A DNA stretch of 63,337 nt, filler included, from Chiloscyllium plagiosum (taxonomy: Eukaryota), in assembly GCF_004010195.1 (NCBI RefSeq). It is 5 parts of one record of this genome, joined end to end, with 100 filler letters (N's around TTAATTAATTAA, not from the genome) between each part and the next. Parts side by side here need not be neighbours in the genome. Positions count along the whole stretch, not along the records: positions 34,411 to 52,998 come from NC_057713.1; 4 more parts are not named here. One strand, 5' to 3'. Below, piece after piece: positions 36,917 to 48,727 of the stretch. The translations under genes and the position numbers were made by a program. Under the pieces are notes generated by a model, which saw only the letters and a program-made list of their open reading frames with translations, did no database searches and was not told the DNA's origin. Position 1 is the first letter of the stretch. Every line of letters starts with the position of its first letter.

Positions 36917-39900
36917 TTGAATTGGTTTAGACAGATTTGAATATATTTGGGGGTATGAAAAATCCCAGCAGATTTAAACACTTGCAGATTAGTGTCCTAG
37001 ATTTTTAAATAAATCATAGGTGAGGCAATTTGTTTAATTTCGGTGACTTGTGAATGATTAAATTAAAAGCGAGAGGAATGGCCCTTAAAATTGCTAAAGA
37101 GGTTCTGGGATTTGAAGATGATTCTCAAATTAGCCAAGAAAGTTTAAAAGGAAAGAAAAAGGCCATACTTTCAGAATTAGCAAAGTAAATAGATTTGGGT
37201 TTAACCAAGGACAAAAGTAAAGCTGAAATTGTAAGGGAATTACTCAAACACTTAGGTGTGTCAGAGAAACAGACAATTGCAGTGGTAGAAAAACTTTACA
37301 ATTAAGGAGAATGGAGTTAGAAGATAAACAAAGGAAGGGACAAAGAGAGAGAAAAAAAAGAGAGAAAAGAGAGGGGAAAAAGAGGGAGAAAGACGGTTCT
37401 TATCTGAGCAAAGAGAGAGAAGGAAGGCAGAGACAAAAACAGAGAGAATTTTAACTAGAGAATTTGCGACTTAGTCAGCAAAGTCAAGTTAACAGGTTGG
37501 AGATGAAAAGAGAAGGTAGTGATATATACAAACATGTCAAAACTCTGCCACATTTTGATGAGAAAGATGTTGAAGCCTTCCTTATTTCATTTGAAAAATT
37601 GGCTAGGCAGATGGAGTGGTCCGAGGATTTATGGGTAATGCTAGTTCAGGCTAAACTGGTAGACAGAGTTAGTCAAGTATTTGCCGGCTGTCAGATGAGG
37701 GGTCAAGAGATTATGAAGAGGTTAAACAGGCTATTTTAAGTGCTTATGAATTGGTACCAGAAGCACCCAAACAGCAGTTCAGAAACACAAAGGAGGAACC
37801 AGGTCAGACTTATGTTGAGTTCAAAAAAATTAAACATAGTCATTTTGAGTGATGGGTGCATGCTTTTAAAGTAGATAAGACCTTTAAGACTCTAAAAGAG
37901 ATTATTCTGCTGCAGGAATTTTAAAAACTCTCGTCCAGACATGGTATAAATTCATGTGGAGAAACAGGAGGTGAGAAGGGCAGCTGAATTAGCAGATTAG
38001 TGCCTGTTGGTGCATAAAGTAAGCTTTTGGCCAGAATTTCATCTTGTGAGGGACCGAAGTTGGGAGAAGGGAAGATCCTACACTACTAAACCAAGAGTAA
38101 AGAGCACTGGTAAGAATTAACCACAGGATAAAAAAGAAGCCCAAGAGGGTGGAAAGGAGGTGAAAGGACTCAGGTGTTTCCACTGTGGTAAAGTGGGACA
38201 TGTAAAGTCATAATGCTGTTCGCTAAAAAAGGTGCTGTGGGAAAAGATGCGGTAAAAGAACTATGCCAGTGGCATTAGTGAAGGTAGCAAAGGAATCCCC
38301 AAGAAGAGCCGAGGAGCTGCAGAAGAGTGCACAGCCTAGGCAGGGGCTGGGTATGGAGCTAGAACCTGATCGCTACAAATTATTTGCCTGTGTGGGTAAA
38401 ATTTACTCAGAGAGAACTGGGCAAGAAGGACAAAAAATTATAATTTTGAAAGATACAGGACCTAACCAGTCACTAAGAGTAAGAGATGAGCGAATATGCA
38501 CTCTTTCTGATCTGTTACCCCAGAGTGTGGTAATTTGTAGGATAAATGGACAGAAATTTAGCACTCCCCCCATGTAAGATCAGGTTGGAGTGCCAATCAA
38601 GACTGGGGAAGTTACAGTGGGAGTGATTGACAGAGTGTCAGTTCCAGGAATTCAGTTTGTTCTTGGAATGATTTGGCCGGATCCAAGGTGGGAGTGACAC
38701 CCCTTGTTGTGGAGAAGTCCAAGCAAGACCAAGAAACTGAGGGGTTAAAACAGAAATATCCTGGTATTTTCCCAAACTGTGTGGTAACCAGATCCCACTA
38801 TCATAAGTCACTGCACGAAGTGAAAGGTAAACAGAAAGATGAAGGAGTTGAGGTTCAGTTAGCAGATATCCTGTTTGACGTAATGGTGCAGGAAAAACCT
38901 GAACAGGCAGAGGGTCAGACAGAAGTATTTAGTTTTGAAAGGATAAATTGATTATAACAGCAAGACAAGATGATAAAGGATATATATGTGGATGTGTACT
39001 CTGAAAAGGAGTCATAGAATATTCCAGAGGGTTATTATCTGAAAGACAAAATCCTAAGACAGAAATTGAGACCACGACAGTTTAGTGCAGAGGAGAAATG
39101 GGCCGAAGTGCACCAGATTGTGTTGCCATTAGCATACAGACAGGAGCTGTTATGGGTAACACATGAACTACTTGTAGAAGGAGAACTAGGGTTATGAAAG
39201 GCTCAGGCTAAGGTATAAAAACATTTTTATTGGCCTTGAATGCACAAGGATGTGGTTAAGTTTTGCTGTATGTGTGATACATGCCAAATGGTAGGTAAGC
39301 CGCAGGCAGTAATGAAACCAGCACCTTTGTTGCCAATTCTCACATTTGAGGAACCTTTCACACGGGTTATAACTGATTGTGTATGTCCCCTCCCGAGAAC
39401 TAAAATTGGGAACCAGTACTCGTTAACCATAATAGATGCGTTTACCAGATTTCCGGAGGCAATTCCATTACGGAGTATCAAGGCAAAAAGGGTAGTAGAG
39501 GAGTTCGTAGCTTTCTTCACACAGTATGGGCTACCCAGAGAGATTCAGTCAGACCAAGGGTCAAATTTTACTGCTAGGCTTTTTAAGGACGTTATGGATA
39601 GCTTAGGTATACAGCACTTTAAATCCAGTGCGTATCATCCTGAATCCCAGGGAGCTTGAGAAAGATGGCATCAAACCTTGAAGATCATGTTGACAGCATC
39701 CTGTGAGGACTATCGGAATGATTGGGATAACGGTATCTCATTCGTATTGATTGCCATTAGAGATGCCCCAAAGAAATCTATTCAGTTCACTCCCTTTGAC
39801 TTAATATTCAGCCATGAATTGAGAGGTCCTTTGAAATTAACTAAACAAAAATTGACAGGATCAAAGTCGGAGATCTCACACTTAGATTATGTATCAGAGG

Positions 39901-41319
39901 TGAGGGAGTGACAAAAATGGGGTGGGTGAATTAGCTAAACAGCACCTAAAGAGGGCAGAGTATAGAATGAAGTAGGTGGCAGATAAAAGCTCTGAGACTC
40001 GGACGTTTTCCCAAGGGGATGACGTCTTAGTACTGTTACCAGTGATAGTAGATTCCTTTGAAGCCAGGTTTTATCAAATTGAGAAAAAAGTTGAGTCAGG
40101 TGAACTATTTAATAAAGATGCCAGATAGAAAAAAAGGTATCAGGTCTGTCATTTGAACATGTTGAAACCATATTATATTAGAGAGAAAGAACTGGAGAAA
40201 CAGGTGTTAGTTACTGCCCTGCTGAGCGAGGAATCAAATCCAGGTGATGTGGATTATTATGTGACTCAAAAGAGATTTAAAAATGAAGACGTCCTTAAGG
40301 ACTGGAATAGGTTAGTAAACTATCTGTCTCAGGAGTATAGAACACAGATGAAAATTTGTTACTGCAGTATGAGGACATAAATAGGAATCAGATGGGGAGG
40401 ACTAATGTTATTGTACAAGAAGTAGACATCGGGAATATTGCTCTGATAAAACGACACCCCTATCGGCTTAATCCTTTCAAAGCCAGACAAGTTCAGATGG
40501 AGGTGGAGGCCATGCTCAACGAAGACATCACTGAACCAAGCTCTAGCAAGTGGAGTTCACTGATTGTCTTAGTTCCCAAACCGGAGGAATTTCCACAATC
40601 AACCTGAAAGAAAAAGGTGCTTCGATTCTTTGGATTTAGTGGATTCTATCGGAAGTTTGTTCCAAACTGCAGCAGTGTAGTGTCATGGTTAACGATTTGC
40701 TGTAGAAGAACACAACGTTTCGGTGGACAGAACCATGCCGGGAGGCATTCAACCATTTGAAATCAATATTAACCACCAAACTTTTCAAAGCAAAAACCTT
40801 TTAAAGTTGCCATCGATGCTAGTGACATAGGAGTTGGAGCTGTACTCCTACAGGAAGGTGAGGATGGGATTGAACTGCCAGTTCGTTACTTTTAAAAGAA
40901 GATCAACATCCATCAGAGGAAAAACTCGATGATTGAAAAAGAGCTATTGAGTTTGGTACTGGCCTTACAACATTTCAACGTGTTATGTCATGATCAATGT
41001 GTCAGAGACGGTTATGTACACGGATCACAATCTGCTTACTTTCTTAAAATGCTTTAAAGACAAGAATATGAGACTATTTCATTGGAGCCTTATGTTACAG
41101 ACTTTATATTTAAAAATCATACATGTTCTGGGTTGTAAGAATGTAATCACAGATTCATTATCGCGGATTTAACTGATAGATGAGATTTGGGTATATGGAA
41201 AGATGATAAGGTGAATTTATATTAAAGTTATTTGTATGTTAGGGTAACGTGTTTAAAAATAGAGAAAATAAAGAAGTCATATTTTCATTATGATTGTTCA
41301 TTTTTTCCTTAAGGAGAGG

Positions 41320-42025
41320 TGTTATGAAAATGTGGGTGTACCATATCTTTAAGAGAGTCAGAAGCTAGAAGAACTATGTGATAGCACCAAGTGTTCTCAG
41401 CAAGGTAACAATGTAACATTAGGTCAAAAGTAAGAATAGCTGGGTTGCCTGGAAATGGCAAAACAGATTCAAATTAAGCCAATCAGTTTAAATTATACCC
41501 TGAAAAATACCAAATTCCAATCAAGTTTGAATTGAGTGTATTGGCAATCTTAAAAGCCAATGACACAATCCGATGCTTTGAGGGTATAAGACTGGGGAAA
41601 ATTGAACAGAAGAGAACTGCCAAGCCAGCATGTTGAGACTGCCAGAAAAATAGCTCTCTGAAAAGTGCCTTTATCAATCAGTAACCTGTGAAGCAGAATC
41701 CTCAAGAAGAAGAAAAGAAGACCGGAATACAGAGAAGAACTGAAAGCTGCCTGATTTTGTGATAATAAATTTTATTTTGTAAATCTTAATTGGGGGTTTT
41801 ATCGGATTAGTATTGTAGAAGCGGAAGGTAAAAGATAAGTCAGTGGAAGGAGTTGTAAATAGTTGTTAGTTAATTAGTCTCTGTTATACTTGAAGAAATA
41901 AAGTTGTTAATTTTTACTTTTAATAATTCTTGGCCTCTCGAATTTTCACAGATTACAGCACAGGATAAATCTTTTCTGTATTGCTGCTTTAAATTAAGCA
42001 GGAGTGTTTATCCCATGTCGTAACA
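41320..42025 (+). repeat. 3' LTR, preceded by PPT AAGGAGAGG
   Basis: Direct repeat of 36193-36895. Confidence 0.9.
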
Positions 42026-42964
42026 GCAGGTAGAGTAGATTGGACCTGTGCTCACTGCAATTTAGAAGAATGAGAAATGATCATTTTGAATCGTAAAGGA
42101 TTCTTAAGGGACTTGACAGGGTAGGTGTGGAGAGGTTGTTTTCCCCTCATGGGAGAGACTTGGACCAGAACACACAATCTTAGAATAAGGGGTTAAGTCA
42201 GAGTTGGGAAAGATTTTCTTCAGCCTAAGGGTAATGAATCTATGGAATTCTTTTGTGTGGAGGGCTGTTGAGGCTGGGTCATTAAGTATATTTAAGTCCA
42301 AGATTGACAGACTTATAATTAGTAAGGGAATCAAGGGTAATGGGGAAAAGGCAGGGAAGTGGAGTTAGAGATTGTTAGATCAGGCATGATGTCATTAAAT
42401 GGTGGAGCAGACTCAAGGGCTGAATGGCCTACATTTGTTCCTAGATCTTATGAGCTAATATTTAACCTGTGTTATAGTTATAATCAGGATAGAGTCTAAA
42501 AATTCTCCAAAAAACAAACAGCTGCAGAAATTATTATTTGACATCTCAGTTTTAAATTATTACCTTTAGGGATCCATCAGTACATTAGAAATCCATAATG
42601 ATAATACTGATACATGCAAACATAATCCTGGTGAGGCTCACTATTTGCCATCGAAATTTCAATTGGCTGGCATCTGAATCGAACTAACACAACTTGACAG
42701 ACAGTGTGAAGAACCTCATTTCAGAACCAGAATAATAGCATCAATACATTGCTCTCTACTGCTGAATAAGCAGATTGCCATCAAGCCTCACAGTGATGGA
42801 TGTGACTCAACCACTCAATAAAATAAAAGTGTATCAAAAAGAAAAACTAGCAAGCAAATGAACTGGCTGGAAGCTATTTGAAATTATTTACTAGAGGACT
42901 CTCCACAACTATAATTTTTTTCAGGCAAAGTCCTACCTGGAAATTTTTTTATTAAAAGCTTGCG

Positions 42965-43110
42965 CCTGTATAGATATTCAATGTGTGTAACTGTTCGTCA
43001 CTTTTCAAAGGAAGGGCAGAAATAGGAGCAATTTCATTTTTTTTGTCCAGATAAGTGATAGTGATGTCAATTATTGATTCAAATACTATCTCTTTCACCC
43101 ATATCAGAAC
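42965..43110 (-). CDS. Weak candidate exon (VLIWVKEIVFESIIDITITYLDKKNEIAPISALPLKSDEQLHTLNIY)
   Basis: Pyrimidine-rich acceptor ttgctttcccaag and an open frame, but no clean in-frame GT donor. Confidence 0.2.
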
Positions 43111-43169
43111 CTTGGGAAAGCAATCAAGCAAATAAAACATATTTCTTCACAGAAAAAACAAAGCTAGGG

Positions 43170-44345
43170 GTTTAAGAACTAGGAGCAGGAGTTTGCTTCA
43201 CTACTTAATATGATGGCTGATCTCAACTGCACTTTCCTGCCCACTCTCCAAAACCCTTCAATTAAACATCTGTTTGTCTCCTCCTTAAATGTATTCAATG
43301 TCCCAGCATCCATTGCACTCTGGGGTCATGAATTCCACAGATTCACAACCTTTGAGAGAAGTAATTTTTCATCATCTCAGTTTAAAATCAGCTACCATTT
43401 ATGACCTCTCATTCTAAATTGTCCCATGTAAGAAATGATTTGGAGATGCCGGTGTTGGACTGGGGTGTACAAAGTTAAAAATCACACACCAGGTTATAAT
43501 CCAACAGGTTTAATTGGAAGCACTAGCTTTTGGAGCGATGTTCCTTCCACAGTCAACTGATGAAGGAGCGGCGCTCGGAAAGCTAGTGCTTCCAATTAAA
43601 CCTGTTGGACTATAACCTGGTGTTATATGATTTTTAACCATATAAGAAAACATCCTTGCTGCATCTGCTTTGTCAATCCCCTTTAGCATCTGATATATTT
43701 CAATTAAATCTTCCCTCATTCTTCTAAACACCAGAGAGTATATGCCTAAACTGCTCAATCTCTCTTCATAAGACAGATCTCTCTTCTCTGGAATCAATCC
43801 AGTGAAGCACCTCTGAACCTCTAATACCAAAATACCCCTCCTCAATAATGGGACCAAAATTGTACACAATACTCCAGATGTACCTCTGTGCAGTTGCAGC
43901 AATATTTTCCTACTCTTATATTGTGTTCCTTTAGCAATAACTGCCAAAATTCTATTTGCCTTCCTTATTGCTTGTTGTACCGGCATATTAGTTTTCAGTG
44001 ATTCATGTACGAGGACACCCAGATCCCTCTGCACTGAAATACTCTGATAAAATCTAAGAGAATAAGTTGCCTTTCTCTTCCTCTGACCAAAATAGATAGT
44101 CTCACATTTATGCATGTTAAACTTCTGACAAATGTTGGTACATTCAGTTAATCTATCCATATCTATTTGTGAATTTCTTATTTCTTCACTGCGGCTTACT
44201 TTCCCATTTATTTTAGTGTCATCTGCAAATTTGGCTATAGTACTTTCTATCCCACATCCAAATCATTAGTAGAGACTGTATATAGTTGTGCATTAAGGAC
44301 TAACTCCTGTAGCATCCTATTAGTTAAATCTTGCCAATCAGAAAA
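43170..44345 (-). mobile_element. Old CR1 LINE (RT C-terminus to 3' end)
   Basis: FADD region, QRDLGVLVHESLK, YEERLSSLGIYSL. Confidence 0.85.
43436..43637. mobile_element. Short fold-back Penelope-like derivative with 12-bp TSD
   Basis: TSD CCATRTAAGAAA (43424-43435, 43638-43649); inverted arms; hammerhead core at 43554-43588. Confidence 0.8.
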
Positions 44346-45779
44346 AGTCACCTTCACATTTCTGCGCCAGCAAATCACATGGACCTGCTTTTCCTAAGGT
44401 TTTCAGAATTCTCTGTCAATAGTTCATCTGAAATATTTCACCAGAAGCTGGCTAAAGGACGCAGAGGTTTTGAAATGCTTGGTACAGTATGTGGATGATT
44501 TCCTCTTGTAGACAGAGACAATAACTGAACATATGACACTGTTAGGAAAAACATTCCTCATCACCTTTGGCCTACAAATTAACCCCAATAAGGTACAGAT
44601 CATGAGGTCCATAGTCTCATACTTAGGAAGTGTGATAGCTCAGAAGAAACATGAAATAGAAGGGAAGTGCATCAAGGACATAATCCATTTGCCACTCCCT
44701 AGGGACATTAGCTCATTACGTTCCTTTCTGGGCTTAGTGGGATACTGTTGGAGCCACATTGACAGTTCTGCCACTAACGTTGCCCCACACTTCAACCTCT
44801 TTAAAAGGAATGCCCCAAGGAAATGGACTGAATAGCACACGGATGCTGTTGTCAAACTAAACAGGTCCTGGTGCAGGCCCCAGCACTGCAGGTAACCAAC
44901 CCAAAACTACCCTTCATTCTGGAAGATGCAGCCACAGATGCCACACTAGCAGCTGTACTTCTTCAATAACAGCTTAAAAAAAAACTTGGACCAGTGATCT
45001 ATGTCTTCCAGGCTCTTTCACCAGCTTCTCTACATATGAGAAGCACTGGCTAGCCAGTGTTTTGGATAGTATAACATTTTGCCTGAATTATCAACATGAG
45101 CCCCTGACCCTTCCCCATTTAACCTTTGCTGGATGGCAGGATTCAAGACAGGATGGTAAGCCAAAAGCACACAGCATGCTGGACCCTAACATTACAGGGT
45201 AAAGGCATTGTGATCAAATGTACCAATGTGCCCACCTTCCGAGCTGGCAATTTGAGGTATGGAGGAGAATCCCATGAGTGGCATTAAATGACCCCAAGGA
45301 GCCATTTGTGCTGAAACAAAATGGGGGAAGACCAAGGGAACCTGGCTGTTGAAGAGAGACCCTGCCCAATAAGATTATTCATGGACAGATCCTCCACAAT
45401 GAAAGATGGACACCGGAGGACAGGATGTGGGGAACCATAGAGGCAAACCCCTAATAGAGTTAGTGCTGAAGCTCCTCAAAAGAGTGAGAACTCAGGCTGC
45501 TGAGCTGGTAGCTGTACCCTTCATGGTCAGTCACCCTGAAAACTTTCTCCCCACCATCAGACATACACTCAGATGACATGTATGTCTACAACAGCTTAAC
45601 TGATTTCCTGCTGCTGTGGGAAAATAAAGGATTTGTCATGGCAGATGGGAAACCATTACCATCTATACCACTACTCAAATTATTTCCCAAACTGACCATG
45701 ATTATGGCATAATTAAAGTTAGTACCCACTATCAAACTTCCCCAATTGGGAACTGAAAGGCAAATGAATTGGTTAAACT

Positions 45780-46152
45780 GTGGTAACACAATGGTTCAGT
45801 GATTAGCACTGCTGCCTCACAGTGCCAGGGACCTGGATTCGATTCCAGTCTTGGGTGACTGTCTATATGGAGTCTGCACATTCTCCCTGTGTCTGAATGG
45901 GTTTCCTCTCATGGTCCAAAGGTATGCATGCTAAGTGGATTGGCTACGCTAAATTGCCCATAGTGTCCCGGATGTGCTGTCTAGTTGGATTACACCTGGG
46001 AAACGCAGGGTGACAGGGATAGGGTAGAGGGTGTTGGTCTGGGCGGGATGCTCCTCAGAAGGGAAAAAGTGAGGACTGCTCTTCGGAAGGTCAGTGTGAA
46101 CTTGATGGGCTGAATTGTCTGCTTCCAACTGTAGGGATTCTATGATTCTATG
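45780..46152 (+). mobile_element. HE1-like SINE nested in the ERV pol
   Basis: TTAGCACTGCTGCCTCACAG head; CTATGATTCTATG tail. Confidence 0.85.
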
Positions 46153-48399
46153 GCGGCATCCCTATTCCAAAACAACTAGATATCGTTGCTGAGAGACAAA
46201 CCAAGGTCCAAGATCTGGTACAGGCTCAGAGCAGTGACACTGAGTTAAAGCAAGTACAGACGGGAATGATCCTTTCCTCACAAGTGGGAGGACAAGTTAA
46301 GTACATAAACTCAAAGACGGATAGGTATATGTTTCTGGTCCAGAACTGAAATCAAGTGATTTATCGATGCCATTTGTTAAAGGTCATCAAGGGACAGGAA
46401 CCACAACTGACAGAATTAAGGATTGTGGTGGTGGTCAAAACTGGGAAAAGCCATTATGTTGAGATTGCAACATCTGTGCCCAGAATAATCCAGACAAGTA
46501 TGACAATTAAGGATAGCTCAGGCCTACAAGGTCAGTAGCATGATCTGGACTGACCTTCAAATAGACTACAGCATCATCCTGTTGAGGGCAACATAAGGAT
46601 ATCCTACTCATCATAGACATTTTTAGTAAATGGGTAGAGGCATTCCACACTGCACTGGACATCTTAATTCAGCACACTTTCACGACATGGGGTCTTCTCT
46701 GCAGCATAGAGATTCTATGATTCTATTAACTCAGACCACAGAACCTATTTCATAGCTTGGGCAATGCAGCCGATGAAATTTGGCATCAGCCATAGGTTCC
46801 CTATCGCCCACCATCCTGAGCCTAGCAGAATGGTAGAGAGTATGAATCATATCCAAAAGGTTGTTCAGGAAAACAATTCTACCTGGAATGTAGTTTTACA
46901 CATCGTCATCCTGCTCATGTGGAACTCACCCTCCAGTTCACGTCCTAACGTCCAGATGCTCCATGAATGTATCAAACCATTAATAGGACTAGACATGACA
47001 GAGCCTGAGGTTAAAGGCCTCTGCCACAAGAAAACTGTGAAAATTCAATTTGAAAATGTACAGGGTGCATACAAAACAGTGGCCATCAGAATGGTGAAAA
47101 GGAAAAAGTGGAGCAAGGTATAATTTGATGAAAAGATGAACGTGCTAGAATACGAGATAGGGCAGCGGATGACTTTACAAAGTTTCCAGTCAGGAAGATT
47201 GGTGTCTCCCAGATATTCAAAGCCACACTCAGCGGTGGACAAGGCCAGCCCACTCTATGATTGCTGGCCCGAACAATTCTGGCCAGAAGAGGCAACCCTG
47301 AAATGAAAAGGATTGTTAGAGATAGTCCACCCAAGAAAGCTTCCTGTGTGGCACTCGAGCCCAGACAAAGAGACAACCGCTTTATGAAGGCAGTCAATCT
47401 GACACTCCCCCCCCAGACATGATGAAGAAGCAAGTCCCCAGAAGCCAGAGAGATGCCCATCCCAAATTCAGAAATTATACTTGTATTTGACTTATTAGCT
47501 ATTAGGACAAAAAACAGGAGAAGCCAGAACCAGGCTAGCGGATGGAGTAAATGTTGAGTGATTTGGCAACAGCTTACGGAGCAAGATTTGGCTAATTTGC
47601 ATAATAAGCTCAGACTTTTGATGCAGCAAGTTAACCAGACATCGGTCAAAATTAACCTGGATAGTTAGCAAAAAGCTGAGGGGAGAATAGAGAAAATTAG
47701 GCAGACCAACACCCAGTAATGGCGCTAACACGGTACACCAGGGCAATACGCTAGACCACTTTGAGAAAGTTAGATAATAGCAATAAACAGCAGAATGAGA
47801 CCCCTGCAGCTTTTACTGCAGTGGATGATCGAACAGTTGAGGGAGAACCTCAAGCAGACTAAGCAAGGACTGATCCCATCTTGGATCAGTCACGAGCAAG
47901 TAGAGCATTTGTTCCATGAGAAGAGAAACCCCAATATTTTAGATTGTCAATTATGGCAATGACTAAGGTTTGCTTTAACGATGATTGTAAAGGGACCCTG
48001 GAAAATACCAAATAAAAACAGATTAAAAGTTTTTGAGATGGAAAATATTGGCATTATCCAAGAGGGGTTAGGATAGGTTGGCACCCTTCTGTTGAGAAAG
48101 AGAGAAGGCTTGTCAGTACCACTTTGGATAAATGTCAACAGACAAAAGATGTATTTGTGTGTCCCTACCCCATATATTGAAAGGAACATGCCTTGTGTAG
48201 TTTTCAGTCAAACACCGTTCTAAATTGCACTGTAGAGTTCTAGAAACTGAACACAGACATCACTAGGGAAGCATAAAGAGGGATGGGAAAATACTGTATC
48301 ACAACTTTCCTAAAACACTAACTTTATGGCACCTTCACATTTGACATCCAAAGCACCAACCTTAGTATTGGGCTACACATACCAGCCAAGGTTGGTCTT

Positions 48400-48727
48400 T
48401 GGGGGCGGCACAGTGGCTCAGTGGTTAGCACTGCTGCCTCACAGCACCAGCGACCTGGGTTCGATTCCTGCCTGACTGCGTGGAGTTTGCACATTCTCCC
48501 CGTGTCTGCGTGGGCTTCCTCCAGGTGCTCCGTTTTCTTCCCACAATCCAAAGATGTGCAGGTCAGATGAATTGGCCATGCTAAATTGCCCACAGTGTTA
48601 GGTGCATTATTCAGGGGTAAATATAGGGTAGGGGAATGGGTCTGGGTGAGTTTCTCTTCGGAGAGGTGGTGTGGACTTGTTGGGCCAAAGGGCCTGTTTC
48701 CACGCTGTAGAGAATCTAATCTAATCT
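48400..48727 (+). mobile_element. HE1 SINE nested in the ERV env
   Basis: GGGCGGCACAGTGGCTCAGTGGTTAGC head; (AATCT)n tail. Confidence 0.9.

Larger units (their letters stand above)
36193..42025 (+). mobile_element. Gmr1-like Gypsy LTR retrotransposon with both LTRs, decayed, PR-INT-RT-RH order
   Basis: Two ~705-bp TG...CA LTRs; imperfect 4-bp TSD GGAG/GCAG; gag with CFHCGKVGH knuckle (~38170); protease LKDTG (~38450); integrase (39240-39911) upstream of RT/RH (40356-41172). Confidence 0.92.
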
